Shown: positions 28,424-40,111 of the stretch, one piece after another | How the letters are laid out: each line of letters begins with the position of its first letter | Position numbering within the stretch: position 1 is the first letter of the stretch | Assembly: GCF_964213995.1 (NCBI RefSeq) | Contig: NC_135821.1 | Span: 73,036,001-73,100,000 of the forward strand | Source of the DNA: Mustelus asterias | Lineage: Eukaryota | Length of the DNA: 64,000 nucleotides | Reading direction: 5' to 3' | The notes under the pieces: generated by a model | The model's database searches: none | The model's input: the letters and a program-made list of their open reading frames with translations, nothing else | What the model was told of the DNA's origin: nothing | Translations under genes and position numbers: made by a program

Positions 28424-28645
28424 CAGAAAATGCTGGAAAATCTCAGCAAATCTCACATCATCTGTGGTGAGAGAATACAGCCAATGTTGAGAGTCTGGAT
28501 GACCCTTCGTCAGAGTTGAAGGGTCATCTAGATTCGAAACGATGGCTCTATTCTCTCTCCACAGATGCTGTCAGACCTGCTGAGACTTTCCCAGCATTTT
28601 GTTTTTGTTTCTGATTCCAGCATCTGCAGTATTTTGCTTTTATAC
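28424..28645 (+). mobile_element. Palindromic Penelope-end-like insertion (family B)
   Basis: Inverted arms aaaatgctggaaaatctcagca.../...tgctgagactttcccagcatttt. TSD AAATACAAGTT at 28413-28423 and 28646-28656. Confidence 0.75.
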
Positions 28646-29356
28646 AAATACAAGTTATTCTATATTAATACAAGGAGATATCATTTAGAAAAAAATTGTA
28701 TCAACGGCCCTTTTAAATTTTAAACAGAATAAAAATTTTGAAATGTATTTTTTGTAAACTGAAGCTAAATATCGTTTGTAAAAGCTCGCTAGCTGTAAAA
28801 TTATTTTGTTGGGGTAGGTGGGCAGTTGACGAGTATATAGATGATTGAATATGACTAAGTTATGGGACAGCATGTTGTCCCTAAGAGGCGAGAGTGAACT
28901 AATCACCACAACCCAGGCTGCAAACCAGCACACTCAAACACAAGGCAATTTCTGATGTCTCAAAAGCAACCAAACTCTTCTCATCAGCCACTTTAAATTG
29001 CAGACTCTACTTTAAGCCACATTCAATGGTTCTGAATCTACAGTGCAGAAAAAAAAACAAGTCCCTACATGAATTAAAAAAGAAGAATTTTATGTTTGTG
29101 TACATGAGATATCCCTTTCCACTTTTTAAGCTGTTGTTGCTTCGCAGACAAGGGGACAATGGTAATTAGACTATACATGGAAAAACTGTTTCTGTATTAT
29201 TTTCATGTGGTCTACATGAACTAGAATATTTCGGGTTTGGGCATCTCCATGCACAAGTAACCTTCAGGTTCTAGCTGAAGAACGCAGGAGAACGCAATCA
29301 ACTTCCGCACTGTAGCCTTGGATGTTACTATAGTTTTTGGACCAAATATATCCATG

Positions 29357-29878
29357 AGATTGGATAAGACACTGGCTCAATGGAAGAAGCCAGAGAGTGG
29401 TTGTGGAGGATTGCTTCTCTGAGTGGAGGCCTGTGACTAGTGGTGTGCCGCAGGGATCGGTGTTGGGTCCGTTGTTGTTTGTCATCTATATCAATGATCT
29501 GGATGATAATGTGGTAAATTGGATCAGCAAGTTTGCTGATGATACAAAGATTGGAGGTGTAGTGGACAGTGAGGAAGGTTTTCAAAGCTTGCAGAGGGAT
29601 TTGGACCAACTAGAAAAATGGGCTGAAAAATGGAATTTAACGCAGACAAGTGTGAGATATTGCACTTTGGAAGGACAAACCAAAGAAGAACGTACAGGGT
29701 AAATGGTAGGACTCTGAAGAGTGCAGTTGAACAGAGGGATCTGGGAATACAGGTACAGAGTTCCCTAAAAGTGACGTCACAGGTGGATAGGGTCGTAAAG
29801 AGTGCCTTTGGTACATTGGCCTTTATAAATCGGGAGTATCGAGTATAAAAGTTGGAGTGTTATGGTAAGGTTATATAA
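29357..29878 (+). mobile_element. CR1 LINE RT fragment (5' part, interrupted by the Penelope element)
   Basis: Encodes [22 protein letters not shown]...KFADDTK. Confidence 0.93.
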
Positions 29879-31569
29879 TAAGAAGTTTAACAACACCAGG
29901 TTAAAGTCCAACAGGTTTATTTGGTAGCAAAAGCCACACAAGCTTTCGAGGCTCTGAGCCCCTTCTTCAGGTGAGTGGGAATTCTGTTCACAAACAGAAC
30001 TTATAAGACACAGACTCAATTTACATGAATAATGGTTGGAATGCGAATACTTACAACTAATCCAGTCTTTAAGAAACAAAACAATGGGAGTGGGGAGAGC
30101 ATCAAGACAGGCTAAAAAGATGTGTATTGTCTCCATCAACAAGTTCCATCCCACCATCAGGCTCACCATAGACTACTCTCCGGAATCGGTTGCATTCTTG
30201 GACACGCGCATCTCCATAAAGGACGGTCACCTCAGCACCTCACTGTACCGCAAGCCCACGGATAACCTCACGATGCTCCACTTCTCCAGCTTCCACCCTA
30301 AACACGTTAAAGAAGCCATCCCCTACGGACAAGCCCTCCGTATACACAGGATCTGCTCGGATGAGGAGGATCGCAACAGACACCTCCAGACGCTGAAAGA
30401 TGCCCTCATAAGAACAGGATATGGCGCTAGACTCATTGATCAACAGTTCCAACGCGCCACAGCGAAAAACCGCACCGACCTCCTCAGAAGACAAACACGG
30501 GACACAGTGGACAGAGTACCCTTCGTTGTCCAGTACTTCCCCGGAGCGGAGAAGCTACGGCATCTCCTCCGGAGCCTTCAACATGTCATTGATGAAGACG
30601 AACATCTCGCCAAGGCCATCCCCACACCCCCACTTCTTGCCTTCAAACAACCGCACAACCTCAAACAGACCATTGTCCGCAGCAAACTACCCAGCCTTCA
30701 GGAGAACAGTGACCAAGACACCACACAACCCTGCCACAGCAACCTCTGCAAGACGTGCCGGATCATCGACACAGATGCCATCATCTCACGTGAGAACACC
30801 ATCCACCAGGTACACGGTACATACTCTTGCAACTCGGCCAACGTTGTCTACCTGATACGCTGCAAGAAAGGATGTCCCGAGGCATGGTACATTGGGGAAA
30901 CTATGCAGACGCTGCGACAACGGATGAATGAACACCGCTCGACAATCACCAGGCAAGACTGTTCTCTTCCTGTTGGGGAGCACTTCAGCGGTCACGGGCA
31001 TTCGGCCTCTGATATTCGGGTAAGCGTTCTCCAAGGCGGCCTTCGCGACACACGACAGCGCAGAGTCGCGGAGCAGAAACTGATAGCCAGGTTCCGCACA
31101 CACAAGGACGGCCTCAACCGGGATATTGGGTTTATGTCACACTATTTCACATAAATATTTCTGCTTTTTTCCTCCTGAGTCTTTATCATGCGATCCTAGA
31201 ATCAGAATTTATGTCACACTATTTGTAACTCCCACAGTTGCGTGGACCTGCAGAGTTTCACTGGCTGTCTTGTCTGGAGACAATACACATCTTTTTAGCC
31301 TGTCTTGATGCTCTCCCCACTCCCATTGTTTTGTTTCTTAAAGACTGGATTAGTTGTAAGTATTCGCATTCCAACCATTATTCATGTAAATTGAGTCTGT
31401 GTCTTATAAGTTCTGTTTGTGAACAGAATTCCCACTCACCTGAAGAAGGGGCTCAGAGCCTCGAAAGCTTGTGTGGCTTTTGCTACCAAATAAACCTGTT
31501 GGACTTTAACCTGGTGTTGTTAAACTTCTTACTGTGTTTACCCCAGTCCAACGCCGGCATCTCCACATC
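29879..31569 (+). mobile_element. 5'-truncated Penelope-like retroelement (RT C-terminus + GIY-YIG endonuclease) with inverted terminal copy
   Basis: The ORF has FLDTRI...YRKPT (RT C-terminus), CxxxxCxxC, and NVVYLIRC...WYIGET...RMNEH (GIY-YIG). A 257-bp inverted repeat spans 29879-30135 and 31275-31531. TSD AAGGTTATATAA at 29867-29878 and 31570-31581. Confidence 0.93.
31432..31476 (+). ncRNA. Hammerhead-ribozyme-like motif in the Penelope terminal repeat (inverted copy at 29934-29978, minus)
   Basis: CCACTCAC-CTGAAGA-AGGGGCTcagAGCCTC-GAAA-GCTT-GTGTGG: CUGANGA and GAAA boxes flank a hairpin, with closing complementarity. Penelope-like elements (PLEs) are known to carry minimal hammerheads. 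Stem III is atypical. Confidence 0.6.
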
Positions 31570-32150
31570 AAGGTTATATAAGGCATTGGTGAGGCCGAAT
31601 TTGGAGTACTGTGTACAGTTTTGGTCACCTAGTTACAGGAAGGATGTAAATAAGATTGAAAGAGTGCAGAGAAGGTTCACAAGGATGTTGCCGGGACTTG
31701 AGAAGCTGAGTTACAGAGAGAGATTGAATAGGTTGGGACTTTATTCCCTTGAGCGTAGAAGATTGAGGGGAGATTTGATAGAGGTGTATAAGATTTTGAT
31801 GGGTATAGATAGAGTGAATGCAAGCAGGCTTTTTCCGCTGAGGCTAGGGGAGAAAAAAACCAGAGGGCATGGGTTAAGGGTGAAAGGAGAAAAGTTTAAA
31901 GGGAATATTAGGGGGGGCTTCTTCACGCAGAGAGTGGTGGGAGTGTGGAATGAGCTGCCGGATAAAGTGGTAAATGCGGGGTCACTTTTAACATTTAAGA
32001 AAAACTTGGGACGGGTTCATGGATGAGAGGGGTGTGGAGGGATATGGTCCAAGTGCAGGTCAGTGGGACTAGGCATAAAATGGTTCGGCACAGACAAGTA
32101 GGGCCAAAAGGCCTGTTTCTGAGCTGTAATTTTCTATGGTTTTTTCTATG
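31570..32150 (+). mobile_element. CR1 LINE 3' part (continuation of 29357-29878)
   Basis: Encodes LYKALVRPNLEYCVQFWSP...LERRRLRGDLIEVYKI...WNELP and ends in a tttctatg tail. Confidence 0.93.
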
Positions 32151-32963
32151 GAGATCTTATGCAACTGTCAGTTTACAATTTATCTGCAGTGTGCGCAGTG
32201 GGCCCTTGACACTTGGCCAACCAAGTGTAGGAAGGGCAAAATGACAAAGTTTCACTTCAGCCACATACCAGAAAAAGAAGCACTTCCCACTAAGAAAATA
32301 AAAGCAGAGCCACTCAGTACACATCGGCCGATAATGGCCACAATGCCTTTGAGCAAGTCAGAAATTACTCGGCACACAAGAAAATATACACTGAATGATG
32401 CTGGTGGCAGCATTTTTGGCACTAAGGATCCCAAAGACCGTGTATGACCATGGACTGCAACAGTCCAACAAGGTGGCTCAACACCACATTCTCAAAGGCA
32501 ATTAGGAATGGACAATAAAAATCCTGCCATAGCCAGTGATGCCCACATCCCATCAAAGAATAAAAAAATACATTCACTTGCAAAGCACTCAATCTGGGAA
32601 TACTGGAGGTTGATGCAGATACAACAGCCAAGGTTTTGAGTACCATTGTGAGAGGAATTGCTATATTAGGTTCTGGCTCTTGGAGGCCAATTATTATAGT
32701 CCCCAGTGTGTAACTGCTAGAGCTTCCCAGGTAAATTTCTTCATCCAAACCACTTTCAGCTGCTACATTGACGACCTGAAGTCACAAGGCCTGGAATGGG
32801 CTGTTCACTGATAGTTCCAGTATTCAGCTTTATTCACAACTCCTTTGATAATGAAGCAGCCAGTGCCAGTGTACAGTAGAACCTAGACAACATGTAGGAG
32901 GGGCTTACACGTGGGTAGGTAAAATCTGCACCAGCTAAGTGCTGGAGAAAGGAATAGAAGGAT

Positions 32964-33294
32964 GGGGGCAGCATGGTGGCACAGTGGTTAGAACTGCTGC
33001 CTCACAAAGTTAGGGACCTGGGCTAATTTCGACCTTGGATGAGTGTGTGCAGTTTGCATGTTCTCCCCATGCCTGCGTGGGTTTCCTCGGGTGCTCCGGT
33101 TTCCTCTTGCAGTCCAAAGATGCGCAGGTCAGGCTGATTGGCCATGCTAAATTATCCCTTAAGTGCAAAGACGTGTAGGTTAGGGGGATTGACAGCGATA
33201 CGATAGGGTGTGGTTAAGATGCTCTGTCAGATTCTGTGCACTCGATGGGCTGAATAGCCTGCTTCTGCATTGTAGGGATTCTATGGTTCTATGA
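32964..33294 (+). mobile_element. V-SINE (HE1-like)
   Basis: Same head, core and tail as 19379-19725, more diverged. Confidence 0.88.
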
Positions 33295-33705
33295 TATAAT
33301 GATAAAGATTAGATAGAGATTGCGAGGACAAGACTCGTTGATGCAATTTTGATGGCACCCTCCGCCCCACTGATTGCTTCTGCCAATAAGGACAAGATCA
33401 CCAATACCATGTGAAAGAAATAATTTCAAAGTTCCCCAAAGTCCAGCAGAATGCTGACTTGGGACAAAAATCTCTGTTCCTTAGTCAAAGCTGACTCAGT
33501 ATCCTGGGATTCTTCATCTATCAGAATTGTGGGAGTGCCATCAGCACAAAGACTATTGTGGTTCATGGAGAGGACACAAACATCGCCTGCCTAGGCAATA
33601 AATGCTGCCTTGCCAGTATTATCCACGTAGAGAATAAGAGAAATATACCATAAGATACAAATCAAGCTGGAATGGACAAAACATGTTCATTTAATCCAAT
33701 ACATC

Positions 33706-34105
33706 AACTACAAAGGATTGTGAACGTAGCCTAATCCATCATGCAAACCAGCCTCCCATCCATTGACTTCCTCCTGCCTCGGAAAAGCAGCCAGCATAAT
33801 CAAGGACCCCACGCACACAGGACATACTCTCTTCCACCATCTTCCGTCAGGGAAACGGTACAATAGTTTGAACACACGTACCAAGAACAGCTTCTTCCCT
33901 GCTGTCATCAGATTTTTGAATGGTCCTATCATACAGTAAGCTGATCTTTCTCTTCACCTTACCTGTAACTGCAGCACTATATTCTGCATGCTATCCTTTC
34001 CTTTCCCCCTATGTACTTTATGAATGGTATGTTTTGCCTGCATAGCATGCAAGAAACAATACTTTGCACTGTGTCCCATCACATGTGACAATAATAAATC
34101 AACTC
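33706..34105 (+). mobile_element. Rex1/Babar-type LINE 3' fragment
   Basis: Homologous to 25030-25440. Confidence 0.8.
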
Positions 34106-36627
34106 CATTAAAATCCAAACAGGAGTATTACTAGCTACACCCTCCATTAAGCCAGCAAGACAAAGTACAAAGACCAAGCACATAGAATGAGAGACACAAA
34201 CTGGGTATGAAGACTCGCGCTGGTGGGGTGCAAAGTAAGAAGTAAAATGATCACATCACAACTCTATCTCAAACCAGTGTGATTGGGAAGGACGTAACAT
34301 TCATCCTAAGGAAATGCAGAAAAAATAAAGTAGACACAGTCAGGTTCATGAACCAGTGTTCCAGCAATCAAGGCGCATTTCATCGCTCATGTGAACAGGT
34401 ACAAGACAAAAGACCTGAACCAGCAAGAATAGGGGAAAGGAAAACAATCCAATACACAAGAATGGTCCAACAATTCCGAGGTACCCGAATATAAGTTTTC
34501 CAAATATTCACAGTAAATTTAAGATATCCCACAAGAAGTTTAAACATTTAGACAGAAATACTGCGACTAGCTTTCACCTTCTGAAGTTGAGAAAGCAAAA
34601 GCTCAATGAGTTATAGCTTCCATCCCTCAATTCACTCAAGCCCCGATGTTAAACCAGACATTGAAACGGTTTCTCTCTAATTACAGCTCTAGATTAGTAG
34701 ATTCAAAGTAAAATGTATTTGATTTCACTGCAGATTACCAGTAAATAGTGTATGTTATTGGGTCAAAACCCAAACATGATCCTGCTTCAGCCAATACGCA
34801 TGCAGGTTCCTTTGCACTTCTGCTCAATATCTTCCTCTTAAAAACTTAAGCACAATAGCTGCTTTAAGCAGACACGAGTACATTAAACTCAGCAAAGAAA
34901 TAAACCATTACTTCAGGGCCAGTTACGTGGAAGCCATTCTTTCAGTTCTTGCATCACTGTCTTCATTATCTTCTCACTTAGATCATTGCGATCACACTTT
35001 GTGTGCCAACTGATTAACAGTAATTAGAGGGGTTTAAGGATTATGTACAAATAGCAACCAGTAAGCTAACATTGCTGTACAGCTCCATATTTGTTCAGGT
35101 AAGTTATCTCATCATCTGGTGAAGTAGTTCTGGTGAAGTAGTTCCTGTAACCACTGTCCTGAGACAAGAGTTATTTTACATTCAACTTAAACAATGTGAT
35201 TCTATAGCAAAATTTTGACTTGCAATAAGACACAAGACAACCATTGCTGTCTGTGTACACATTACATTGTTAATTTAACATAATCAACAGGAGTAGGAAT
35301 AAGGCACCTCCAGTCTGCTCCTCCATTCAGTAAGACCATGGCTGATGTAATCTCAGCCTCAACCCCATTCTCCTGCCTGTTCCCCATAAATTAAACAGGA
35401 TTCTTAATAGGAAAAGTGACACTGGACCACATGGGCTGTAGCAATTCAAGAAAGCAGCTCACCACCACTTTCTCAAGGGTAATTAGGGATGGGCAATGGA
35501 TGTTGACATAACCAGTGATGTGCACATCCCATGAAGTGAATTAAAAAGCTGTAAAAGTGGTCAGAACAGCTTCATGACACAATAGAGTAGCTTCAGGTGT
35601 CGATGTTATTCAAGATATTTTCATCTCTCGCACTTTCCCAAAGTCACCTCTTAACTGCTACATGCAGAGCCTCTCATGTTTCCTCCCAGGCTCCTAACTG
35701 GTCAATTGGCCATGTTACACAGTAACAGCCGCTCCACTCTCTAACTATAACCTTGCCACCTGGCTAAGTTCACTTGTTGCCACACCATGTACACCAAACC
35801 AAAGTTCTCCACAGAGGGCACATGTCCCACTTCGGATCTGTGAAAAACGTTCAAGAGATCCACCCAAAATAGCCAGAGAATGCGTAGAGAAAGGATAGTA
35901 GTGATTATAGACCAATCAGGATTGGGGTTGGAACAAGAGAGCGAGAGAGACAGAGAGGCCATGACATAAAGCCTTTTCTCATTTCCCAAGAGACACAATT
36001 GTGGAAGTCAAATAAGTTGACAAATTCCCCTGGCCATGTTATCTACCCCTCTTTCGTTCCACCCTGCTAATATGTGTTCACCTCCCCCATAGATACTCTT
36101 TGTTATCCTTCTAGAAATTAGAATTGGGCCTCATATCATATTTGTACAGTATACACATTTTTTAAAATGCAGTTTTTCAGTGGAGGTACAAAGAGCTTTC
36201 AAATTGGATGGGATGAAGAGAGAATTTCAATCCCAAAAGAGGAAAGACTGGAGTACACCACTCAAACTGAGCATTCAACGGGGGAAAAAATATTTAATTG
36301 TATAGCTATTTTTTCAGACAAAAAAAACTTATGCTGTCTTAGAGGTTTGTGGATTTTTTTATAGAATGGTGGGGTGGGGGGAGTTGGAGAGAGGGGTCAT
36401 CAGAAGCAAAAAGCGTGAAAACCCTTGCAAAAGACCACCAAAATTAATGTCTTAGTAGCACACTTTGGAGTATGCTGTTAAACCACAGCAGCTATTAATA
36501 AAGTTTAAATTCACGCTTCCATCAATTTTATGTCAAGTTATTGGTACCAACACAGAAGGTGTTCGGAGTTAGAATTAATGCGCAAATGAAACTATAGCAG
36601 AAAAACAATTCTCCAGATCCAGAAAAT

Positions 36628-36834
36628 GCACAGTAAGAAGTCTCACAACACTAGCTTCATGTCCAACAGGTTTATTTGGAATCACGAGCTTTCGGAGCGC
36701 TGCTCCCAAGTCAAATCATATGAAGGAGCAGCGCTCCAAAAGCTTGAGATTCCAGATAAACCTGTTGTACTTTAAACTGGTGTTTTGAGACTTCTTACTG
36801 TGCCCACTCCAGTCCAACGCTGGCATCTCCACAT
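36628..36834 (+). mobile_element. Palindromic Penelope-end insertion (family A)
   Basis: Inverted arms cacagtaagaagtctc.../...gagacttcttactgtg, plus the tail ccagtccaacgctggcatctccacatc. Possible short TSD CAGAAAA. Confidence 0.8.
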
Positions 36835-37664
36835 CAGAAAAAGTAGGAGACAAACAATCAAATAAGTTAATTGCAAACAGGATAAAATTTCCCGAGTTTT
36901 GCAGGCTGAACTTCCAGGACATGGAAGCAGTTTCATAACTGAAAAGTGAACATTGCTACAACACTATGTACATTATAAAGTATACAGATGTAACGCAGAT
37001 TGTGCTGCAACCAAATAAGCAATTATAATACCAAAATGTCACTGTCATCTATCAGTCTTGGTTGTTCGGAATGATGTATGGGTTCAATAATGTATTGTTA
37101 ATGAAGGTTACAGATATCAAAGGGCACAAGTTGAACATGGGAGAGTAATGGGGAAGTTGAGCAAAGTTATCCAGAAAAGCTAATGGAAGTAGTTGGATTC
37201 CAGAGAAAACTGGAGAAGGGATTGACAGATGCAGGCAGGCTGGGCTGATCTCTGCAAAAGGGACATGCTTGTCTGGTACACAGCTCTTTCCTGTTCCTAA
37301 AAATCCTTCATGAACTTAAAATAACAGCCATGTTGAAAGGTTTTTTCACTCCTTGCTTATACGGATGGAAATGAAAAACTGGTTTACCAAACACTAACAA
37401 TCGTGCAAATTTTTGATGAGAGTGTCATCATTTCCAAAGGGAGAGAAGATTCATTTTTAGTGTTTGAAGCTTCTTACTCCTCAAAACGCAGACAACTCAA
37501 CAGTTTCTACTTTCTTACCGAGTTCACTTTGAACTATGACGCTTGTGAATTCACTAGGAGCCAATATTATGCCATCTCCTGCAATGTGGCCAACTCAAAA
37601 CGAGTGCGTAAGTTACATGTATACTTACATGTATACAGGCATTCTGTTCAATTTACTCCCATCT

Positions 37665-38002
37665 GGGGCGGCACGGTAGCACAGTGGTTAGCACTGCTGC
37701 TTCACAGCTCCAGGGACCTGGGTTCAATTCCCGGCTTGGGTCACTGTCTGTGTGGAGTTTGCACATTCTCCTCGTGTCTGCGTGGGTTTCCTCCGGGTGC
37801 TCCGGTTTCCTCCCACAGTCCAAAGATGTGCGGGTTAGGTTGATTGGCCGTGCTAAAATTGCCCCTTATTGTCTTGAAATGGGTAGGTTAGAGGGATTAG
37901 TGGGTGGATATGGGGGTAGGGCCTGGGTGGGATTGGGGTCGGTGTAGACTCGATGGGCCAAATGGCCTCTTTCTACACTGTAGGGTTTCTATTCTATTCT
38001 AT
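37665..38002 (+). mobile_element. V-SINE (HE1-like)
   Basis: Close inverse match to 19379-19725. Confidence 0.92.
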
Positions 38003-39870
38003 CTTTCAGTTTTCAAGTGTGAATACGTAACTCAGACTTCCACATGGATTTCATAACTTACATAATTCTTATTCTGGAGTAAAAATGCTCAATTGATTAT
38101 GATATCACAGTATGCATTAAAGTGTCACAGTAACTTCCTCATATCATAAAGCACCTTAATTGTTTTCACAGCACCTTAAACCTTTCCTTGGGTTAATTGT
38201 TGATTATGAATTATGCCACTAAGAATCCGTAAATATAACCATAAAAATAACGGTCTCCATAATCTAGCGCACTGATGCTCCCGTGCTTTACAGCACATAC
38301 GTTGGCCAGGTTCTCTGCTCGTTCCATTCAATTTCTGAATGGAGAGCAAGCGAACTCTGTGACATCATGAATGGGGAGGGGGATGAGAGAGAGATCAGGT
38401 GCCCCTGCCCTGTTAATACCCCATACAAGAATACCCTAGTTCCTCTGCTTCAACAACTTACAGTGCAAATCATGGAGACTTGGAAGTTAACATCTTACCG
38501 TGGAACTCAGTGGTCCCATTGATCTGCATGCATCTCAAGTTTCCGATGCTATTGGTATTCTGATTTCACTTAGCCATTACAACACCAGTGTGAAGAAAAA
38601 AACCCATTTCTAAATCTGCAGGTTCATTAGACTGAACCAGGGAAAAGCAGCAATTAACAGAAGCACAAAGAATAACAAATTGCCTTGTCCTTGCGGGTTG
38701 ATTGCTAGGGCTCAGTTAGTCACACTTGGCTCGCAGGCTACATACAGACTGCTTACTCTTGTTCAAGCAGCTGGTCAAAACAGACAACCGAGGAAGTCCT
38801 TGAACGGGCCACCTGCCACTTAATAGCGGACTTGAGAACGCACCAAGCACTAAAGTGAACAAAAGGAATCTTCAGCACCACACAAACAGTACTACGCTAC
38901 TTCCCAAAATGCACTTCGCATGCGACGAGCAATAATGGAACACCGGCATCTCTGACTACCTATTTACTCAACACACAAAACCACTCCCTTAAATTATAAT
39001 GCGGCAGCCATTCTCCCACCAAGGTGTTTGGGATTGGACTTATTTTTTGTGGGTGGGTGTTTTCACCGAATTTGAACATTTCCTAATCTGTAATTCAGAG
39101 ATTAGCAGCAGGAAAACTCAGCTTCTAGTGGCTTACTACTGCTTTTTCCAGGCTAGTGGATTTTTTGAGCACCATCTGAGAAACCAGGGCTAAATGGAGT
39201 TAAAACAAACCATAACATGTGTTCACATGAATAGGTGGAGTTTATTGAAACCTGCTGGGCAACATGGTTACATACAACCAGCCTGGCCCATAAAACACTA
39301 CAGCACTATATTTGCAATCAGGTTTGATTAGACTGTGTGCAATGTACATATATGCATGAAGCCATCCAGAACAATACAAAAATAAAAATTACGATTAAAG
39401 ACTATTTTCTCATGGCATTAGAATTGAGCCATAATCACATTTTTTTTTGAGAGGCTTGCGCATATTTACATCAGCAGCCCTTTCAAATGTGCAATATTTT
39501 TACTGATGTCATTCAGCATCACCTCAGAAATACTGAGCACTGACACCATCTGGCATCACCCTGGGGCCAGAAGTATCACAAAATGGCATTTGAAGTAATG
39601 CAGGAGTTAATGGAGGCCTGCTGGGTGGAAGGAACTTGTAGTTTTACATCATTTTTGCAAGGTTTACAGTGTTGCGGGTAAATAAATGAAATCTGTTGCA
39701 TAAAGCATATTTCTGCTCGATTTAAAAAAATATATATATATCACAGGTTTGATTTGCAAATTAAGCTTTAAAACTTGCTTTAGTCCCCATTGGTGGATTC
39801 AAGTTAATGGAAAACAAAAAATATTTTAAGCCTAATTTCCAGCTTACTGACATCTTTTAATAAACTACCA

Positions 39871-40111
39871 AAAGTTTATTTATTAGTCACAAGTAAGGCT
39901 TACATTAACGCTGCAATGAAGTTACTGTCCGGCGCCTGTTTGGGTCAACGCACCCAACCAAAACGTCTTTCAGACCATGGGAGGAAACCGGAGCACCCGG
40001 AGGAAACCAATGCAGACATGGGGAGAACGTGCAAACTCCACACAGACAGTGACACAAGCCGGGTCCCTGGCACTGAGAGGCAGCAGTGCTAACCACTGTG
40101 CCACCGTGCCA
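39871..40111 (-). mobile_element. V-SINE, alternative-tail subfamily
   Basis: Same tail as 11126-11422. Confidence 0.85.

Noticed and set aside
30036-30135. N-terminus (MECEYL...) of the 372-aa ORF
   Set aside because: It is read through the inverted terminal repeat. Real Penelope coding starts at about 30136 and is 5'-truncated.
31238-32026. 262-aa ORF as a novel gene
   Set aside because: It is a chance fusion of the Penelope 3' terminus with the interrupted CR1 frame.
35115-35144. 14-bp tandem duplication
   Set aside because: It is an ordinary slippage duplication.
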